Of a DNA stretch of 64,000 bases, positions 1-11,049 are shown piece after piece (the first letter of the stretch is position 1; each line of letters begins with the position of its first letter). Where the stretch lies: the NCBI GenBank assembly GCA_027053075.1, contig JALUEE010000033.1:107559-171558 (forward strand), read 5' to 3'. This DNA comes from a candidate division WOR-3 bacterium. GTDB lineage: Bacteria; Hydrothermota; Hydrothermia; B15-G9; WFZT01. The notes beneath the pieces were generated by a model. That model did not search any database. It saw only the letters and a program-made list of their open reading frames with translations, and was not told the DNA's origin. Made by a program: the position numbers and the translations under genes.

Positions 1-1
1 G

Positions 2-205
2 AGACTGCACATCACGGTGTTTTACAGAATCGGTGAAAATACCTATACAAGGATGGATGAAGAGCATTTCGAGAGGGCTTATAATAATGAAACTATTGAA
101 AAACTCTTGAGGAAAGCAGGTTTTGATGAGATTTACGCATTTGAACACTTGAGTTATTCAAAACCGAGGTCCAACACACCAAGAGTTGTTTTTGTAGCCG
201 TTTAA
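2..205 (+). CDS. C-terminal fragment of probable class I SAM-dependent methyltransferase (runs off window start)
   Basis: Open frame from window edge; ending 'EEHFERAY...IEKLLRKAGF...RVVFVA' resembles C-termini of YqeM-like methyltransferases. Confidence 0.55.
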   Translation, partial: RLHITVFYRIGENTYTRMDEEHFERAYNNETIEKLLRKAGFDEIYAFEHLSYSKPRSNTPRVVFVAV

Positions 206-206
206 A

Positions 207-1430
207 ATGTACATCGCAGACTTACATATTCACTCAAAATACTCACGTGCCACATCAAAGGATATGACCCCGGAAATACTCGCAAAGTACGCTAAAGAAA
301 AGGGAGTAAGTCTACTTGGCACAGGAGACGCCATTCACCCAAAGTATCTGGAAGAGCTAAAGGAGAAGTTAAAACCCACTTCGAGGTATGGAATCTATGA
401 GTATGATGGGGTGGATTTTATCCTCTCAGGTGAGATTTCCAATATCTACTCTCAGGACGGCAAATTGAGAAAAATCCACACGGTTCTCCTCTACCCGGAT
501 TTCGAGAGTGTCAAGGCAGTACAGAAAAAACTCGCTCCGTACGGAAGTATCTTTGCAGATGGAAGGCCTATATTTGGCTTAAGCTTGAAGAAAACCATCG
601 AACTTGTGAGGGAAGTTTCAGATGAAATAATGATTATTCCTGCGCACATCTGGACACCGTGGTTTTCTCTCTTCGGCTCTAACTCTGGATTTGATTCAAT
701 CGAAGAATGCTGTGGAGAGCTTTCCGATGAAATCATTGCCCTTGAGACGGGTTTATCATCTGATCCACCGATGAACTGGCGGCTCTCGGCGCTCGATAAA
801 TATACCCTCGTCTCCAACTCCGATGCCCATTCCCCATCGAGGATTGGGCGAGAGGCCAATGTGTTTGCACATCCCGTTGACTTTAACGAGCTTCGTGAAA
901 TCCTAAAAAATGAAGATTCCACAAGATTTCTATTCACCATCGAATTCTTCCCGGAAGAGGGAAAGTACCACTACGATGGCCACAGGAACTGCAAGGTCAG
1001 TCTTCATCCGAGAGAATCAATAAAACTTCACAATGTGTGTCCTGTATGTGGCCGACCATTAACAGTCGGCGTGCTACATCGGGTAGAAGACCTTGCGGAC
1101 AGGCCCGAGGGGTTCAGGCCTCCCGGAAAGATTGGCTATAAGAATCTTGTTCCCCTCGATGAGATCATCGCTGATGCCCTCGAAGTTGGTAAGGAATCAA
1201 AGAGAGTGAGAGCCGAGTATGAGAACATGGTCAAACATCTCGGCCCGGAGCTCGAAATCCTCCTTCAGATACCTTACGAAGATATGGAAGGACGGGTAAA
1301 CGAAAAGATCATCGAGGGAATACGCATGGTCCGTGAGGGCAAGGTTAAGGTTGTCCCTGGCTACGATGGTGTCTATGGGAAAATTGAAATTTTCCCAAAA
1401 CAAGAAACAAAACAGATGTCTCTCTTTTAG
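207..1430 (+). CDS. Endonuclease Q family protein (PHP domain + Zn ribbon)
   Basis: [64 protein letters not shown] motifs. Confidence 0.9.
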   Translation: MYIADLHIHSKYSRATSKDMTPEILAKYAKEKGVSLLGTGDAIHPKYLEELKEKLKPTSRYGIYEYDGVDFILSGEISNIYSQDGKLRKIHTVLLYPDFESVKAVQKKLAPYGSIFADGRPIFGLSLKKTIELVREVSDEIMIIPAHIWTPWFSLFGSNSGFDSIEECCGELSDEIIALETGLSSDPPMNWRLSALDKYTLVSNSDAHSPSRIGREANVFAHPVDFNELREILKNEDSTRFLFTIEFFPEEGKYHYDGHRNCKVSLHPRESIKLHNVCPVCGRPLTVGVLHRVEDLADRPEGFRPPGKIGYKNLVPLDEIIADALEVGKESKRVRAEYENMVKHLGPELEILLQIPYEDMEGRVNEKIIEGIRMVREGKVKVVPGYDGVYGKIEIFPKQETKQMSLF

Positions 1431-1441
1431 GAGGGTTTGAA

Positions 1442-1630
1442 ATGAGTCTCGATAAGGAACTTCTTGATATACTTGTTTGTCCAAAGTGCAAGGGAGAGCT
1501 TGAGTACAGGGAAAAGGAAGATGTGCTCATTTGCCACAACTGCAAATTGGTCTATGTGGTTAAAGAGGACATACCCGTGATGCTCGTAGAAAAGGCTATT
1601 CCCTTAGATGAGTGGGAGAAAGATAAATGA
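1442..1630 (+). CDS. Trm112/UPF0434 (YcaR-like) family protein
   Basis: [12 protein letters not shown]...CHNCKLVY...IPVML; GGAGG SD upstream. Confidence 0.9.
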   Translation: MSLDKELLDILVCPKCKGELEYREKEDVLICHNCKLVYVVKEDIPVMLVEKAIPLDEWEKDK

Positions 1631-4600
1631 ATGCATACCTACTTGCGTTCATCCTCTCCTTCTCTAACTTTAACGTAAAAACTCTTAAAAACTCCGATGA
1701 TTTCATAAAACTCCAGGTGAACGTTAACTTTAGCGGATATCCCCTCAAAGGTGATGGATTTGTGGTAGATAGCGCGGGGTATCCAGAGCTTCCTTTCTAC
1801 TACGTGAAGATCGCTCTGCCACCCGATAGAGATGTCTCCAAAATAACAGTTGAGCCCACAGGCTACGAATACAAAAAACTTAAGCCGCCGGTACCAATCC
1901 CTCATTACATCGATGATGGACTTACCCCAATTTACAGAGAAGGGGAGATTTATAAATCGTCCTCCATTTTCCCATCAAAAACCTGGTCTCTTGCTGGTGG
2001 CGGTTTCCTTAGGCATGTGCGTTATAAACTCATAAAAATCTACCCCTTCAAATATGATTTTGGAGCAAATCGGCTCATCGTAGTAAAGGGTTTTAATATC
2101 AATGTCTCCCTCAAGCCGGCATCGAAGAGGTATGTAAAGTGGAGAGGGAAGGACAGCTTTGAAGCCCTTTACAGATATACGTTTCCAAATTACAGACCGG
2201 ATTGGAAGGTGAGTCTGCCTTCTCGGAAACCCTCAAATCCCTTTGACAACGCAAGTATATGGATAAAGATCAAAACCATTGAGGGTGGGCTTTATAAAAT
2301 ATCTGGCGCATCTCTTGAGGCCATTGGCGTTCATTTGCCCGTCGCAACGAACCATTTAGTTCTCTACAACTCGGCAAGTGACACCCTCAGGTCACTCCTG
2401 AGCCATGCCACAAATATCTTCTACACAGTCCCGTTGAAGGTTGTGGATAATGATGGGAATGGGTTACTTGATAGGAATGACTACATAGTTTTTTATGCAA
2501 GAGGCTTGAAAAGATTTTGGTTCCGGGGAGATTCAATCTCCTACTTTGAACATCCGTATTCGGACACCAATGTATATTGGCTCGGTGTAGGCTCATCTGA
2601 TCATCCTTTGCCAATAGAAAGCGTGACAAATTTCCGTAATGGAATTCAGGACACAATCACATCCCTGTTTGCTGTCTATAGACATGACATAAACACAATT
2701 AATCCTGCAGAGAAGGGTCTGAGGTGGGTTGGAGAAATACTACGAATGCACAATCCTCCGGGCAGCGCGGAGTACACCTTCAATTTTTCCTTAAACGATC
2801 TTGCCTCACCCGATGGCGGTGGAATAGTAGTACCTGTTTTGCTTCTTGGATCCACCTACTTTGATGTTTATTTAAACAACACCCGCTACATTCAAAGCTC
2901 ACCCCTTTACGCGGTGCATGATGACACATTCAGGCTTGTTGTAAACAACCTGAGAGAGGGGAGCAATGAACTCAAAATAGTCATGCGCGCTATACCCGGT
3001 AGAAATGACACACTGAATTACGGCAATCTGGATTTCTTTGAATTCCAATATCAGAAGCGTCTGCTCCTGGGACCCAAAGTGAATCATTACTACAATAAAA
3101 ATATATCCGGATGGCATGTCTTGAAGATCAGGTCTACAACCACTCCCCTCGTTTCAAAAATCAAGGGAGGCATTGTCATGATTTTCGAGAATCTTCGGCA
3201 TAAAGGTGACTACTACCTGCTCACCGATTCCCTCATGGGGAAAGAGGAATTCGTCATACAGAAAAACTACCTGACACCAATATCCCTTGAAATACGAACT
3301 CCTTCAGAGCTTGACCTGAGGAACCAGAGTTGGCGAGTTGATTACCTAATTATCGGGAAGGAAATGTTTAGAAGCACCCTGATGAACTACATGAGCTACC
3401 GTAGAAACCATCTTTATATGCCAGATTCCAGTGGTGGCCATTACACACAAGGTGATGTGAAATTTGTTCCTCTCGAGCGCATTTACGAAGAATTTGGATT
3501 TGGTGTTGCGGACCCTGTGAGTATCAGAAACTTCATTTATTTTGTTTATCACAATTCTGTGGGTCCTCCGCCCACCTATGTGCTATTTGTGGGCGATGGA
3601 AACTACGACTATAAGAATTTCGCCGGTGCAGCTTCTTACAATCTTTTTCCACCATTTGAACCCTGGAACCTTATAGATATCAACGACAATTTCCATGGTG
3701 CCCTCGACGCCTTTTATGCCGATGTAGCACCGGATACAGGGTTTATCATGGAGGATATTTTTTACGGCCGCATCTGTGCACGCACGCGCTCTGATTTGAG
3801 AGATTATCTCGACAAGGTAATGGTTTACGAGTCAGGACAGAGTAACGGGCCTTGGAGAAACAGGGTAATGCTCGTTGCTGACGACGAGTATAACAACGAT
3901 ACCCATACCCATCATGAGACCGTTCATACCCTTGATTCAGACGACCTTTACAGACACTACATTCCGCATTCTGTTGAAGTGATGACCCATTATTTGATCA
4001 ACTATCCTTTTGACCAGAATATGATGAAACCCCAGGCCCGTCGCGACTTTAAACGGAAATACAACATTGGGCATCTTCTGATAAACATCTTCATGCATGG
4101 CAATCCAACGGTACTTGCCCATGAAAGGATGTTTATTGCCCCTCAGGATTATGCTGATATCCACGCGGGTTTTAAAAATTCCTTTCTCATTATTGCATCG
4201 TGTAAGGTAGGGGCCTACGATAGAATCGTTCCTGCAAGGGTGATAGCAGAGGAGTTTAGTCTGAAGAAAGGGGGATCAATTGCCGTACTATCGTCTACAA
4301 ACTCCACATATTCCAGTGCCAATGATTCCTATGTGACTTCAATGTTAAGCCAGTTGAAAACCTACAGACACTATGCACTGGGGGAGCTCTCATTCTTTGG
4401 CAAAAACAATGAGTTTTACGTCCTTCTTGGCGACCCCACTGTGGCGATAGGCTATCCACGTCCTGATTCGGCTCTCTCACTGAACTTTTACCACAATGGT
4501 ATGACAACAGATACCCTTACCGCTGCAGGTAGATTTTTATACCGGGCATCTGGCCTATCCGGTGGCACGCGATACTATATCAGGATGTTTGAAAGCAAAA

Positions 4601-5502
4601 AGGATACCACCTATAGAAGAAACTGGGGAACAGATGTGGTGAGTATAACGTACCAGAAAGCCCCTGTGGCATTTTACTCCGGAGTAGTGGAGATCAGCAA
4701 CTCTGATACGATAAGCAGAACATTCACTGTCCCGGTTTCATTGACCACCGGAAATAAAGCCTTTGCTTACATTTACAGAATGGGAGAGGTTGGACTGAGA
4801 GATTCCATCACAATTCTGCCTTCCACTGGTATTCCGCCGGGCAACAGGGGACCAACAATAAAGCTGTTTTTGAACGGAAAAGAACTTCAGGATTCATCAT
4901 CTGTTCCACAAAATTTCTTGCTACAGGTTTACCTTTCAGATTCTGACGGCATAAATCTCACAAACAGTATATCACCTACGGTAAAATCGGGTATTCAGCT
5001 GGAAATAAACAACGACGCGGCAAACTCCATTGACCTCACCCCTTACTTTAATTACGAAAAGAATAGTTCAACGTCTGGCTACGCTATTTATCCCCTGAAT
5101 CTCACAAATCCAGGGCTAAATCTCGTTAAAATCACAGCATACGACAATCTGAAGACACCAACAGTCAAAACCTACTCACTCTACGTCCAAACGGCCGAAA
5201 ACTTCAGATTACGCGATTTTTATATTTATCCAAACCCCATCCGTAACAGGAATGGGACGTACATCACATTTATTCTAAGCTCACCCGCAAGGGTTAGTAT
5301 TTCAATCTATACCATAGCCGGCACTCCCATCTGGAAGAGTGGGGAGATGATGTTGCAGGAAGGATTCCACAAAATATACTGGAATGGGCGGGACATGGAT
5401 GGAGATTATCCAGCCAATGGCCTATACTTTTTGACCTTAAACGTAGAAGGAGCAAGCGGTGATAAAGTTCGGAAAATCGAAAAAATCCTTATCGCAAGAT
5501 AA
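1627..5502 (+). CDS. porU: C25 (gingipain-family) peptidase, PorU-like type IX secretion sortase with C-terminal FlgD/T9SS-type domain
   Basis: Signal peptide, propeptide, [36 protein letters not shown], catalytic 'MHG' and 'ASC', SDSDGIN, C-terminal YPNP...[16 protein letters not shown]. Confidence 0.8.
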   Translation: MNAYLLAFILSFSNFNVKTLKNSDDFIKLQVNVNFSGYPLKGDGFVVDSAGYPELPFYYVKIALPPDRDVSKITVEPTGYEYKKLKPPVPIPHYIDDGLTPIYREGEIYKSSSIFPSKTWSLAGGGFLRHVRYKLIKIYPFKYDFGANRLIVVKGFNINVSLKPASKRYVKWRGKDSFEALYRYTFPNYRPDWKVSLPSRKPSNPFDNASIWIKIKTIEGGLYKISGASLEAIGVHLPVATNHLVLYNSASDTLRSLLSHATNIFYTVPLKVVDNDGNGLLDRNDYIVFYARGLKRFWFRGDSISYFEHPYSDTNVYWLGVGSSDHPLPIESVTNFRNGIQDTITSLFAVYRHDINTINPAEKGLRWVGEILRMHNPPGSAEYTFNFSLNDLASPDGGGIVVPVLLLGSTYFDVYLNNTRYIQSSPLYAVHDDTFRLVVNNLREGSNELKIVMRAIPGRNDTLNYGNLDFFEFQYQKRLLLGPKVNHYYNKNISGWHVLKIRSTTTPLVSKIKGGIVMIFENLRHKGDYYLLTDSLMGKEEFVIQKNYLTPISLEIRTPSELDLRNQSWRVDYLIIGKEMFRSTLMNYMSYRRNHLYMPDSSGGHYTQGDVKFVPLERIYEEFGFGVADPVSIRNFIYFVYHNSVGPPPTYVLFVGDGNYDYKNFAGAASYNLFPPFEPWNLIDINDNFHGALDAFYADVAPDTGFIMEDIFYGRICARTRSDLRDYLDKVMVYESGQSNGPWRNRVMLVADDEYNNDTHTHHETVHTLDSDDLYRHYIPHSVEVMTHYLINYPFDQNMMKPQARRDFKRKYNIGHLLINIFMHGNPTVLAHERMFIAPQDYADIHAGFKNSFLIIASCKVGAYDRIVPARVIAEEFSLKKGGSIAVLSSTNSTYSSANDSYVTSMLSQLKTYRHYALGELSFFGKNNEFYVLLGDPTVAIGYPRPDSALSLNFYHNGMTTDTLTAAGRFLYRASGLSGGTRYYIRMFESKKDTTYRRNWGTDVVSITYQKAPVAFYSGVVEISNSDTISRTFTVPVSLTTGNKAFAYIYRMGEVGLRDSITILPSTGIPPGNRGPTIKLFLNGKELQDSSSVPQNFLLQVYLSDSDGINLTNSISPTVKSGIQLEINNDAANSIDLTPYFNYEKNSSTSGYAIYPLNLTNPGLNLVKITAYDNLKTPTVKTYSLYVQTAENFRLRDFYIYPNPIRNRNGTYITFILSSPARVSISIYTIAGTPIWKSGEMMLQEGFHKIYWNGRDMDGDYPANGLYFLTLNVEGASGDKVRKIEKILIAR

Positions 5503-5518
5503 ACCTGGAGGTAACAAT

Positions 5519-5881
5519 ATGAAAGACAGCAGGATTGATACAAAGCTTGACACACTTGTGGGTCAGGGGGCCACATTTGAGGGGAATATCACTATTGAAG
5601 GCGGTGCAAGGATCGACGGGAAACTCAAGGGCAAGGTTAATGCCAAGGGAACAGTCGTTGTGGGAAAGAGTGGTAAGGTCGATGGAGAAATCATGGCGAA
5701 GAGTGCCGTGGTCGGCGGTGAGGTTAAGGGCACAATTCGGGTTCAGGATAGAGTGGAATTTGAAACTGGTGCGAAATTCGATGGAGAGGTCTACTGCAAG
5801 ACACTGGTTGTTCAGGAAGGAGTGATCTTTGACGGCTCGTGCACAATGACCAAAAAGGAGGTCCAGCCTCCAAAACAATGA
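5519..5881 (+). CDS. Bactofilin (polymer-forming cytoskeletal protein)
   Basis: TLVGQGATFEGNI...RIDG...GVIFDGSCTM beta-helix pattern; GGAGG SD before ATG 5519. Confidence 0.92.
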   Translation: MKDSRIDTKLDTLVGQGATFEGNITIEGGARIDGKLKGKVNAKGTVVVGKSGKVDGEIMAKSAVVGGEVKGTIRVQDRVEFETGAKFDGEVYCKTLVVQEGVIFDGSCTMTKKEVQPPKQ

Positions 5882-6654
5882 AACTCTTTGACTCACACTG
5901 CCACCTGAACGACCCGAAATTCAAGAAAGACCTCGAAGAGGTCATTGAAAGGGCAAAATCAAATTTTGTCCAGCATGTAATCGTCGTTGGCTATGATCTA
6001 AAGAGCTCAAGAAAAGCCATTGAACTTGCCGAAAGGTATCCCGATTTCATCAGGGCAGCCGTTGCCATCCACCCGCACGATGCCGATACCGTGGATGATG
6101 AAAAATTAAAACAGCTGGAAGAGCTTGCAAATCACGATTACGTTGTTGCCATCGGAGAAACAGGGCTCGACTACTACAAAAACTATTCACCGAAAGAAGA
6201 CCAGATAAGGGTGTTTGTAGAGCATATAAACCTTGCGAACCGGGTCAAGAAACCTGTCATTCTTCATATCAGGGATGCATTTGAAGATGCCTTCAGAATT
6301 CTCGAGGAGCATGGGGTCAATGAGCGTGGAATCTTCCACTGTTTCTCGGGTGGAGTGGGAGAGGCAAAAAGGGCCGTGGAATTGGGATTTTATGTCTCTT
6401 TTTCCGGCACCGTCACCTTCAATTCAAAAAAGCTTGAAGAAGCTGCTGTTTTCACACCTCTTGATAGGCTACTCATAGAAACAGATGCCCCATATCTTAC
6501 CCCTGTTCCCAAAAGGGGCAGAAGAAACGAGCCTGCCTATGTTTATTTTGTGGCAAAGAAAATAGCCGAGCTTCGCGGGATGGAACTTGAGGAGATTGCC
6601 GGGGCGACCTACGATAATGCCTTAAGGGTTTTCAAAATAAAAGAGTGGAGCTGA
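5878..6654 (+). CDS. tatD: TatD family deoxyribonuclease
   Basis: DSHCHL, AIGETGLDY, HCFSG, ETDAPYLTP, RNEP; ATGA overlap with bactofilin stop. Confidence 0.95.
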   Translation: MKLFDSHCHLNDPKFKKDLEEVIERAKSNFVQHVIVVGYDLKSSRKAIELAERYPDFIRAAVAIHPHDADTVDDEKLKQLEELANHDYVVAIGETGLDYYKNYSPKEDQIRVFVEHINLANRVKKPVILHIRDAFEDAFRILEEHGVNERGIFHCFSGGVGEAKRAVELGFYVSFSGTVTFNSKKLEEAAVFTPLDRLLIETDAPYLTPVPKRGRRNEPAYVYFVAKKIAELRGMELEEIAGATYDNALRVFKIKEWS

Positions 6655-6718
6655 GGGGATTCGAACCCCTGACCCCAGGCTTGCAAAGCCTGTGCTCTCC
6701 CAACTGAGCTACAGCCCC
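6646..6718 (-). tRNA. tRNA-Ala (TGC), CCA not encoded
   Basis: Reverse complement GGGGCTGTAGCTCAGTTGGGAGAGCACAGGCTTTGCAAGCCTGGGGTCAGGGGTTCGAATCCCCTCAGCTCCA; anticodon arm CAGGC-TT-TGC-AA-GCCTG; G3:U70. Confidence 0.96.
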
Positions 6719-6735
6719 ACTTGTGAAGGTAATTA

Positions 6736-6764
6736 ATTATCACTGTTCCACCAATGACAGTCAA
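6736..6764 (-). promoter_or_regulatory. Sigma70-type promoter for tRNA-Ala
   Basis: TTGACT-17 nt-GATAAT on minus strand just upstream of the tRNA. Confidence 0.65.
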
Positions 6765-6862
6765 GAACTGGACTCAATTTTGTGGAGTTTGGTTCTCTGA
6801 TCCGATAATTGGAGGGGGGGTGATTTAATGTACACTATTTGAGGCCGCTCTTTTATGTGGAG

Positions 6863-6891
6863 TTGAAGCGACTTAAACCTGATTTTAAAAT
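6863..6891 (+). promoter_or_regulatory. Sigma70-type promoter (probably leaderless transcript)
   Basis: TTGAAG-17 nt-TAAAAT, 7 nt before ATG 6899. Confidence 0.6.
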
Positions 6892-6898
6892 TCGTCTA

Positions 6899-8485
6899 AT
6901 GAGAAACCTAACTTTCTTATTAATGCTTGTGTTTTCCATTGGATTCGCAGAAACTATTCCATTAAAGAGGGGGGATTTTGCAACAGGAGATTCTCATCCT
7001 GATAGCGCAGAGCTTCAGTGGCTTCTAAACTTTAACCTCATTCAGATTGGGGGAATAGGAGATGAGGCTCCGGATTCTGTGATAAACACACTTCGCTCAT
7101 CAGGAGCAAAACTACTTAGTTACGAGTGGATGCCCGCTGGATATCATTATACCGATGGCTCACCGGATGACCCCTTTATGGCTTGGGTGTATTCCCGCAG
7201 GGATTCACTCACACTTAATCCCAATGGGCCATTCCCACATTGTAGCGATGCCGGGTACAACTGGTGTGAGGACTATTACTATGACCTTGCCATACACTCT
7301 CTTGTCTCAAGAAGAATAAACTACCTGCTCTCCTCTATTGAGGATTACGATGGCCTCTTTTTCGACTGGGCGAGCGGTGCATTCATTGATGAACGTGAGT
7401 ACACCCCCATCAGAGACACCTTTTATAGCCGACACCCTGATCTGGTTTACTCCGCTGTCGTTGGGGAATTTTACAGAAGTCTGAAAGAGGCCGATTCTGC
7501 AAAACTAATAATGACCAACCAGGGATTTAGAAGATGTCAATATATACTGCCATTTGTTGATTATGATATGACAGAAAGTTATGCCACAACAGATGAATAT
7601 TTAGGCGATACAATATACATCGAGGGAATGGGCAGGCAGGAGGTGCCGAGAACCATTTATTATCCCGTTAGCGATGACTACAGAACAGGGCATATCGAAG
7701 ACCATATACATTATTTGAACGTTTTGAAACAATGTGGGGGTGAGCACGGTGGAGAATATTTCAAGAATTTTGTCTATATGAACTATGCAGCGCCTGATTT
7801 TGTACCAACCGGAGATACTATCAACGGTTATGCAGTTTTTCGCCCTGAAGTTCCGAAAAATGCCATTTATTTTGCTTACGTGATCCCAAAACTCCTAAAC
7901 TTTGTGGTCTATACAGAAACACCATGGAACCACATGTATGAGCGTGATAGCATATATTTTTATGATTTAGGAGAGCCTCTGGGTACATCTTACGACAGTC
8001 TTGGAAATCATGTTTATGTCAGGTACTACTCACAGGGGTTTGTTGTCGCAGGTGAATGGCAGGAGACGACTCAGGTGCACATTGAGTCGCAGTTCATACC
8101 TTCCAGTATACCTTTTTACGATGCATATGAGCAGCAATGGGATACAACCGGTGTAAATGGTGTGGACTTCCTAATAAGACCACAGTACGACAGCCTTATC
8201 GGCAGAATGGCGCCATCCGGTCGCGTTTTCCTCTATGATTTAGATTATACCGGCATTAGTGAATCAAATCCCCCCGGCATCCTGGTCAAAGATGGACTTT
8301 ACATCCCGTCAAAGCATGTGAAAAGAGTGAAGATATTTGATGTAGCAGGGCGTGTTGTATTTGACTCAAAAGTACCAATGGACAGGAAAGTATCTATACC
8401 GCTGAAAAATGGCGTGTTTTTCTTAGAATTTATGGGGAATAACGGTCAGATTCTGGCAAAGAGGAAAATAGAAATAATCAAATGA
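6899..8485 (+). CDS. Secreted protein, possible TIM-barrel glycoside hydrolase-like domain, with T9SS-type C-terminal domain
   Basis: Signal peptide from ATG 6899; YDGLFFD and NQGF..MTES motifs reminiscent of GH114/GH166-like proteins; C-terminal KIFDVAGRVV...GVFFL. Confidence 0.6.
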   Translation: MRNLTFLLMLVFSIGFAETIPLKRGDFATGDSHPDSAELQWLLNFNLIQIGGIGDEAPDSVINTLRSSGAKLLSYEWMPAGYHYTDGSPDDPFMAWVYSRRDSLTLNPNGPFPHCSDAGYNWCEDYYYDLAIHSLVSRRINYLLSSIEDYDGLFFDWASGAFIDEREYTPIRDTFYSRHPDLVYSAVVGEFYRSLKEADSAKLIMTNQGFRRCQYILPFVDYDMTESYATTDEYLGDTIYIEGMGRQEVPRTIYYPVSDDYRTGHIEDHIHYLNVLKQCGGEHGGEYFKNFVYMNYAAPDFVPTGDTINGYAVFRPEVPKNAIYFAYVIPKLLNFVVYTETPWNHMYERDSIYFYDLGEPLGTSYDSLGNHVYVRYYSQGFVVAGEWQETTQVHIESQFIPSSIPFYDAYEQQWDTTGVNGVDFLIRPQYDSLIGRMAPSGRVFLYDLDYTGISESNPPGILVKDGLYIPSKHVKRVKIFDVAGRVVFDSKVPMDRKVSIPLKNGVFFLEFMGNNGQILAKRKIEIIK

Positions 8486-9176
8486 GGTTTCCCCATTCAA
8501 AGAAGTTGTTCTCAGTTTCCTCGAGGTGCATCCATTTGATCTCGACGCCACCGAGCGCCTCAAATTTTTTCTTAAGATAAACGAGAATATGCTCTCCTGT
8601 GGAAAAATCAAGATCATTAACGGCATCGAGGTCCATGTGATTAAGCTCATCAACTACTCTCTTCATCTCACTTATGATTCCAGACCCATCACCTTTGAAA
8701 GCCACTTTCAGCAAATAGTTATGGCCATGCTTTTCTTCCCCGCATTTGCCATAAACTTCGCGACTTTTCACTCTTTCCTCAGGAAGTTTGTGGGATGCAG
8801 AAAATCTGAATTTTAAAGACTTCAAACTGCTTTCTCCGTCATAAATAGCACCTGTTTCCTCGCCAGTCTCAACCCTTACAGATCGGAGCTTAACCTCGGG
8901 AGGTAAGCCGTTTATGCCGTGAAAAATAAACTCTGCAATGTTCTCAATTGTCGGTGGCCTATCCTTGAAATATGGGAGGTCATTGAGGCACACGTGGTCC
9001 AGTTTCTCAATAACAGGATTTACAGCTTTTTTCAGGTGTTCAAGATTAATTACCATGCCGGTTTCAGGATTAACCTCGCCTTCCACAGTAACGAAGACCT
9101 CGAAATTGTGTCCATACACCTTTCCCTTTTCAGAGGTATAACAGGCTGAAAATCTGAATCTTCTTATGACCTTCAT
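8478..9176 (-). CDS. Tandem two-domain 6-pyruvoyl-tetrahydropterin synthase/QueD family protein
   Basis: Two T-fold repeats: FRFSACY..YGHNF..GMVINL..LDHVCLN..PTIENIA and FSASHKL..KCGEEKHGHNY..LNHMDL..STGEHI; start at ATGA overlap. Confidence 0.85.
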   Translation of the reverse strand: MKVIRRFRFSACYTSEKGKVYGHNFEVFVTVEGEVNPETGMVINLEHLKKAVNPVIEKLDHVCLNDLPYFKDRPPTIENIAEFIFHGINGLPPEVKLRSVRVETGEETGAIYDGESSLKSLKFRFSASHKLPEERVKSREVYGKCGEEKHGHNYLLKVAFKGDGSGIISEMKRVVDELNHMDLDAVNDLDFSTGEHILVYLKKKFEALGGVEIKWMHLEETENNFFEWGNLI

Positions 9177-9535
9177 TTCTTCTTCACAAAAAACTTTACG
9201 TCGGGACTGACACCCCAGTTGTCCCATACATCACTCGCTCTAAGGCTTAACGTGTGAGGCAGTGAATCAACAAGGCTGTCTGTGGTGAAAAACAGGCTAT
9301 CCGTGTCTGAAGTGGATACGATGTTTCTTCCGTCCAGTATAAGGATGTAAGTCTTTATGGGCGATTTATCTTTTATCTCAAACTCAGGCCGCACTGTGTC
9401 AACACCAAGGGTATCGTTGTTTTTGGGGTAAGTCAGAACAATCTCCGGAGGTGTTACGTCCGGTTTTCCCGGTGGAGGCGCCTTGTGGCCGCATGCGCCA
9501 GCGAAAAGTATGAAAACTAATGCCAGTCTTTTCAA
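9173..9535 (-). CDS. Lipoprotein with Ig-like domain
   Basis: Lipobox FAGAC; PPPGKPDVTPP; HTLSLRASDVWDN. Confidence 0.7.
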   Translation of the reverse strand: MKRLALVFILFAGACGHKAPPPGKPDVTPPEIVLTYPKNNDTLGVDTVRPEFEIKDKSPIKTYILILDGRNIVSTSDTDSLFFTTDSLVDSLPHTLSLRASDVWDNWGVSPDVKFFVKKK

Positions 9536-11049
9536 TATATCTTCACTCCTTTAACACCTGGAAAATAGTGACTGATAATGTCCTTCATTTTAAATCCATG
9601 CTCTGCAAGAATTCCAGCTCCCACCTGACACATCCCCACACCGTGCCCTGCCCCACCTCCTTTTATGACCACATCCACTATATCCCCTTTCTCATCCCTT
9701 TCATAATCAACGATGAAAAGAGAGCTTTTTAATCCCCCTAAAATCCTCCTTATCCTGTACTCTCCCCTGACGTCCACACTCTTTTTTGTTCCCGTAAAGA
9801 CAATCTCTGTAACCCTACCGGAAACTCCCCGTTTTACTGGAGTTATAGAGATGAGCTTTCCAATACCCTTACCTGTAAATTTTTTAACCCATTTTTCAAC
9901 CTGCTTTCGCTGCAATTTTACTTCCCACCGGAAATTTTTCTCCACGTAGTGCATTATAACCGGGTTATCCGTCATGCGGCAAAAGATTGATTCAGGTGGG
10001 GATTCGACAAACATCCTTACTCCTAAGGGATCTTGCAGGTCATAATCAAAGTTTCCATCCTTCACACCTCTTAGATATGGTATGCTCCCCGTATTCCAGA
10101 TGTATGTGACATCCTCAGTGTGTCCTCCGCACGTGGAATGATAAAAAACATCTGCAATCCTGTTATTGTAAAAAAGCACTATTCCCCTTGTTTTATCAAC
10201 CATTGTATCTGAGACTTCGAATCTTTTTCCACCAAATGTCTGGGATAGGGGAGTTGATGTAAAATCAAAAGGTTGATAGCGGTAGAATTTGCCCAAATTG
10301 GCAAGTGTGAAGGTTCTTGCCACCACAGCCTGGGCTTTGAGAGCTTCCTCGGGAAATCCCACAGGCATCTCTGAGGGCAGCACGTGTTTTATGTAATCTT
10401 CCAGTTCACTCTTCAGCACGACAATTCCACGTGTTCCCGTGTCAAAAGTTACAGTAACTTCACCGCTTAAATTCTTGTATCCTGCAAAGGATATGGTTCC
10501 GCCCCGTGGCTTCAAAGTCACAGAATCATTTGCTGAGATAACTCTATGTCCCTTCTCATCAAGGATTTCTACGACCCCATGTGGAGGATTAGCTGGCTCC
10601 GCATAGGGATGCTCAAGGTCTTTTTTACTCTTAAAAGGTCCTTTTAGTACGTAAAACTCCCGGTTATCCAGGGTGGTATTCCCAATTTTGAAGATGGTGC
10701 CTACATCGATAAAATAAACATCAGGGTCATGATGGTTTTGGAAGTACCGGTAGGCCGAATCGTAATTCGAGGTTTTAAATAGGGTCTCGTAGTATACCAA
10801 TCTGGATTTCTTCCTGCGAGATATTTTCACAATATATTGGCCTGGTTTGAGCGTTACCTTTCCTGCAGAGTAGGAGCCATTAAGCACGAGGGGTAGTTCC
10901 TTTTCAAAGGCGTGTAGTTTTATTCTGACAAAAATTGGAGGGGATACGGTTTTCACTCTTCTTTCAGGGGGACGAGGTACAGGTTTCTTTACCATGATTC
11001 TCGAGCAAGAAGTGAAAATTAGTAAGGTGAGGAGAACCAGCTTCCTCAT
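9532..11049 (-). CDS. SpoIID/LytB domain lipoprotein (lytic transglycosylase-like)
   Basis: LEDYIKHVLPSEMP..EALKAQAVVARTF, FYHSTCGGHTE, GHGVGMCQVGA. Confidence 0.92.
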   Translation of the reverse strand: MRKLVLLTLLIFTSCSRIMVKKPVPRPPERRVKTVSPPIFVRIKLHAFEKELPLVLNGSYSAGKVTLKPGQYIVKISRRKKSRLVYYETLFKTSNYDSAYRYFQNHHDPDVYFIDVGTIFKIGNTTLDNREFYVLKGPFKSKKDLEHPYAEPANPPHGVVEILDEKGHRVISANDSVTLKPRGGTISFAGYKNLSGEVTVTFDTGTRGIVVLKSELEDYIKHVLPSEMPVGFPEEALKAQAVVARTFTLANLGKFYRYQPFDFTSTPLSQTFGGKRFEVSDTMVDKTRGIVLFYNNRIADVFYHSTCGGHTEDVTYIWNTGSIPYLRGVKDGNFDYDLQDPLGVRMFVESPPESIFCRMTDNPVIMHYVEKNFRWEVKLQRKQVEKWVKKFTGKGIGKLISITPVKRGVSGRVTEIVFTGTKKSVDVRGEYRIRRILGGLKSSLFIVDYERDEKGDIVDVVIKGGGAGHGVGMCQVGAGILAEHGFKMKDIISHYFPGVKGVKIY

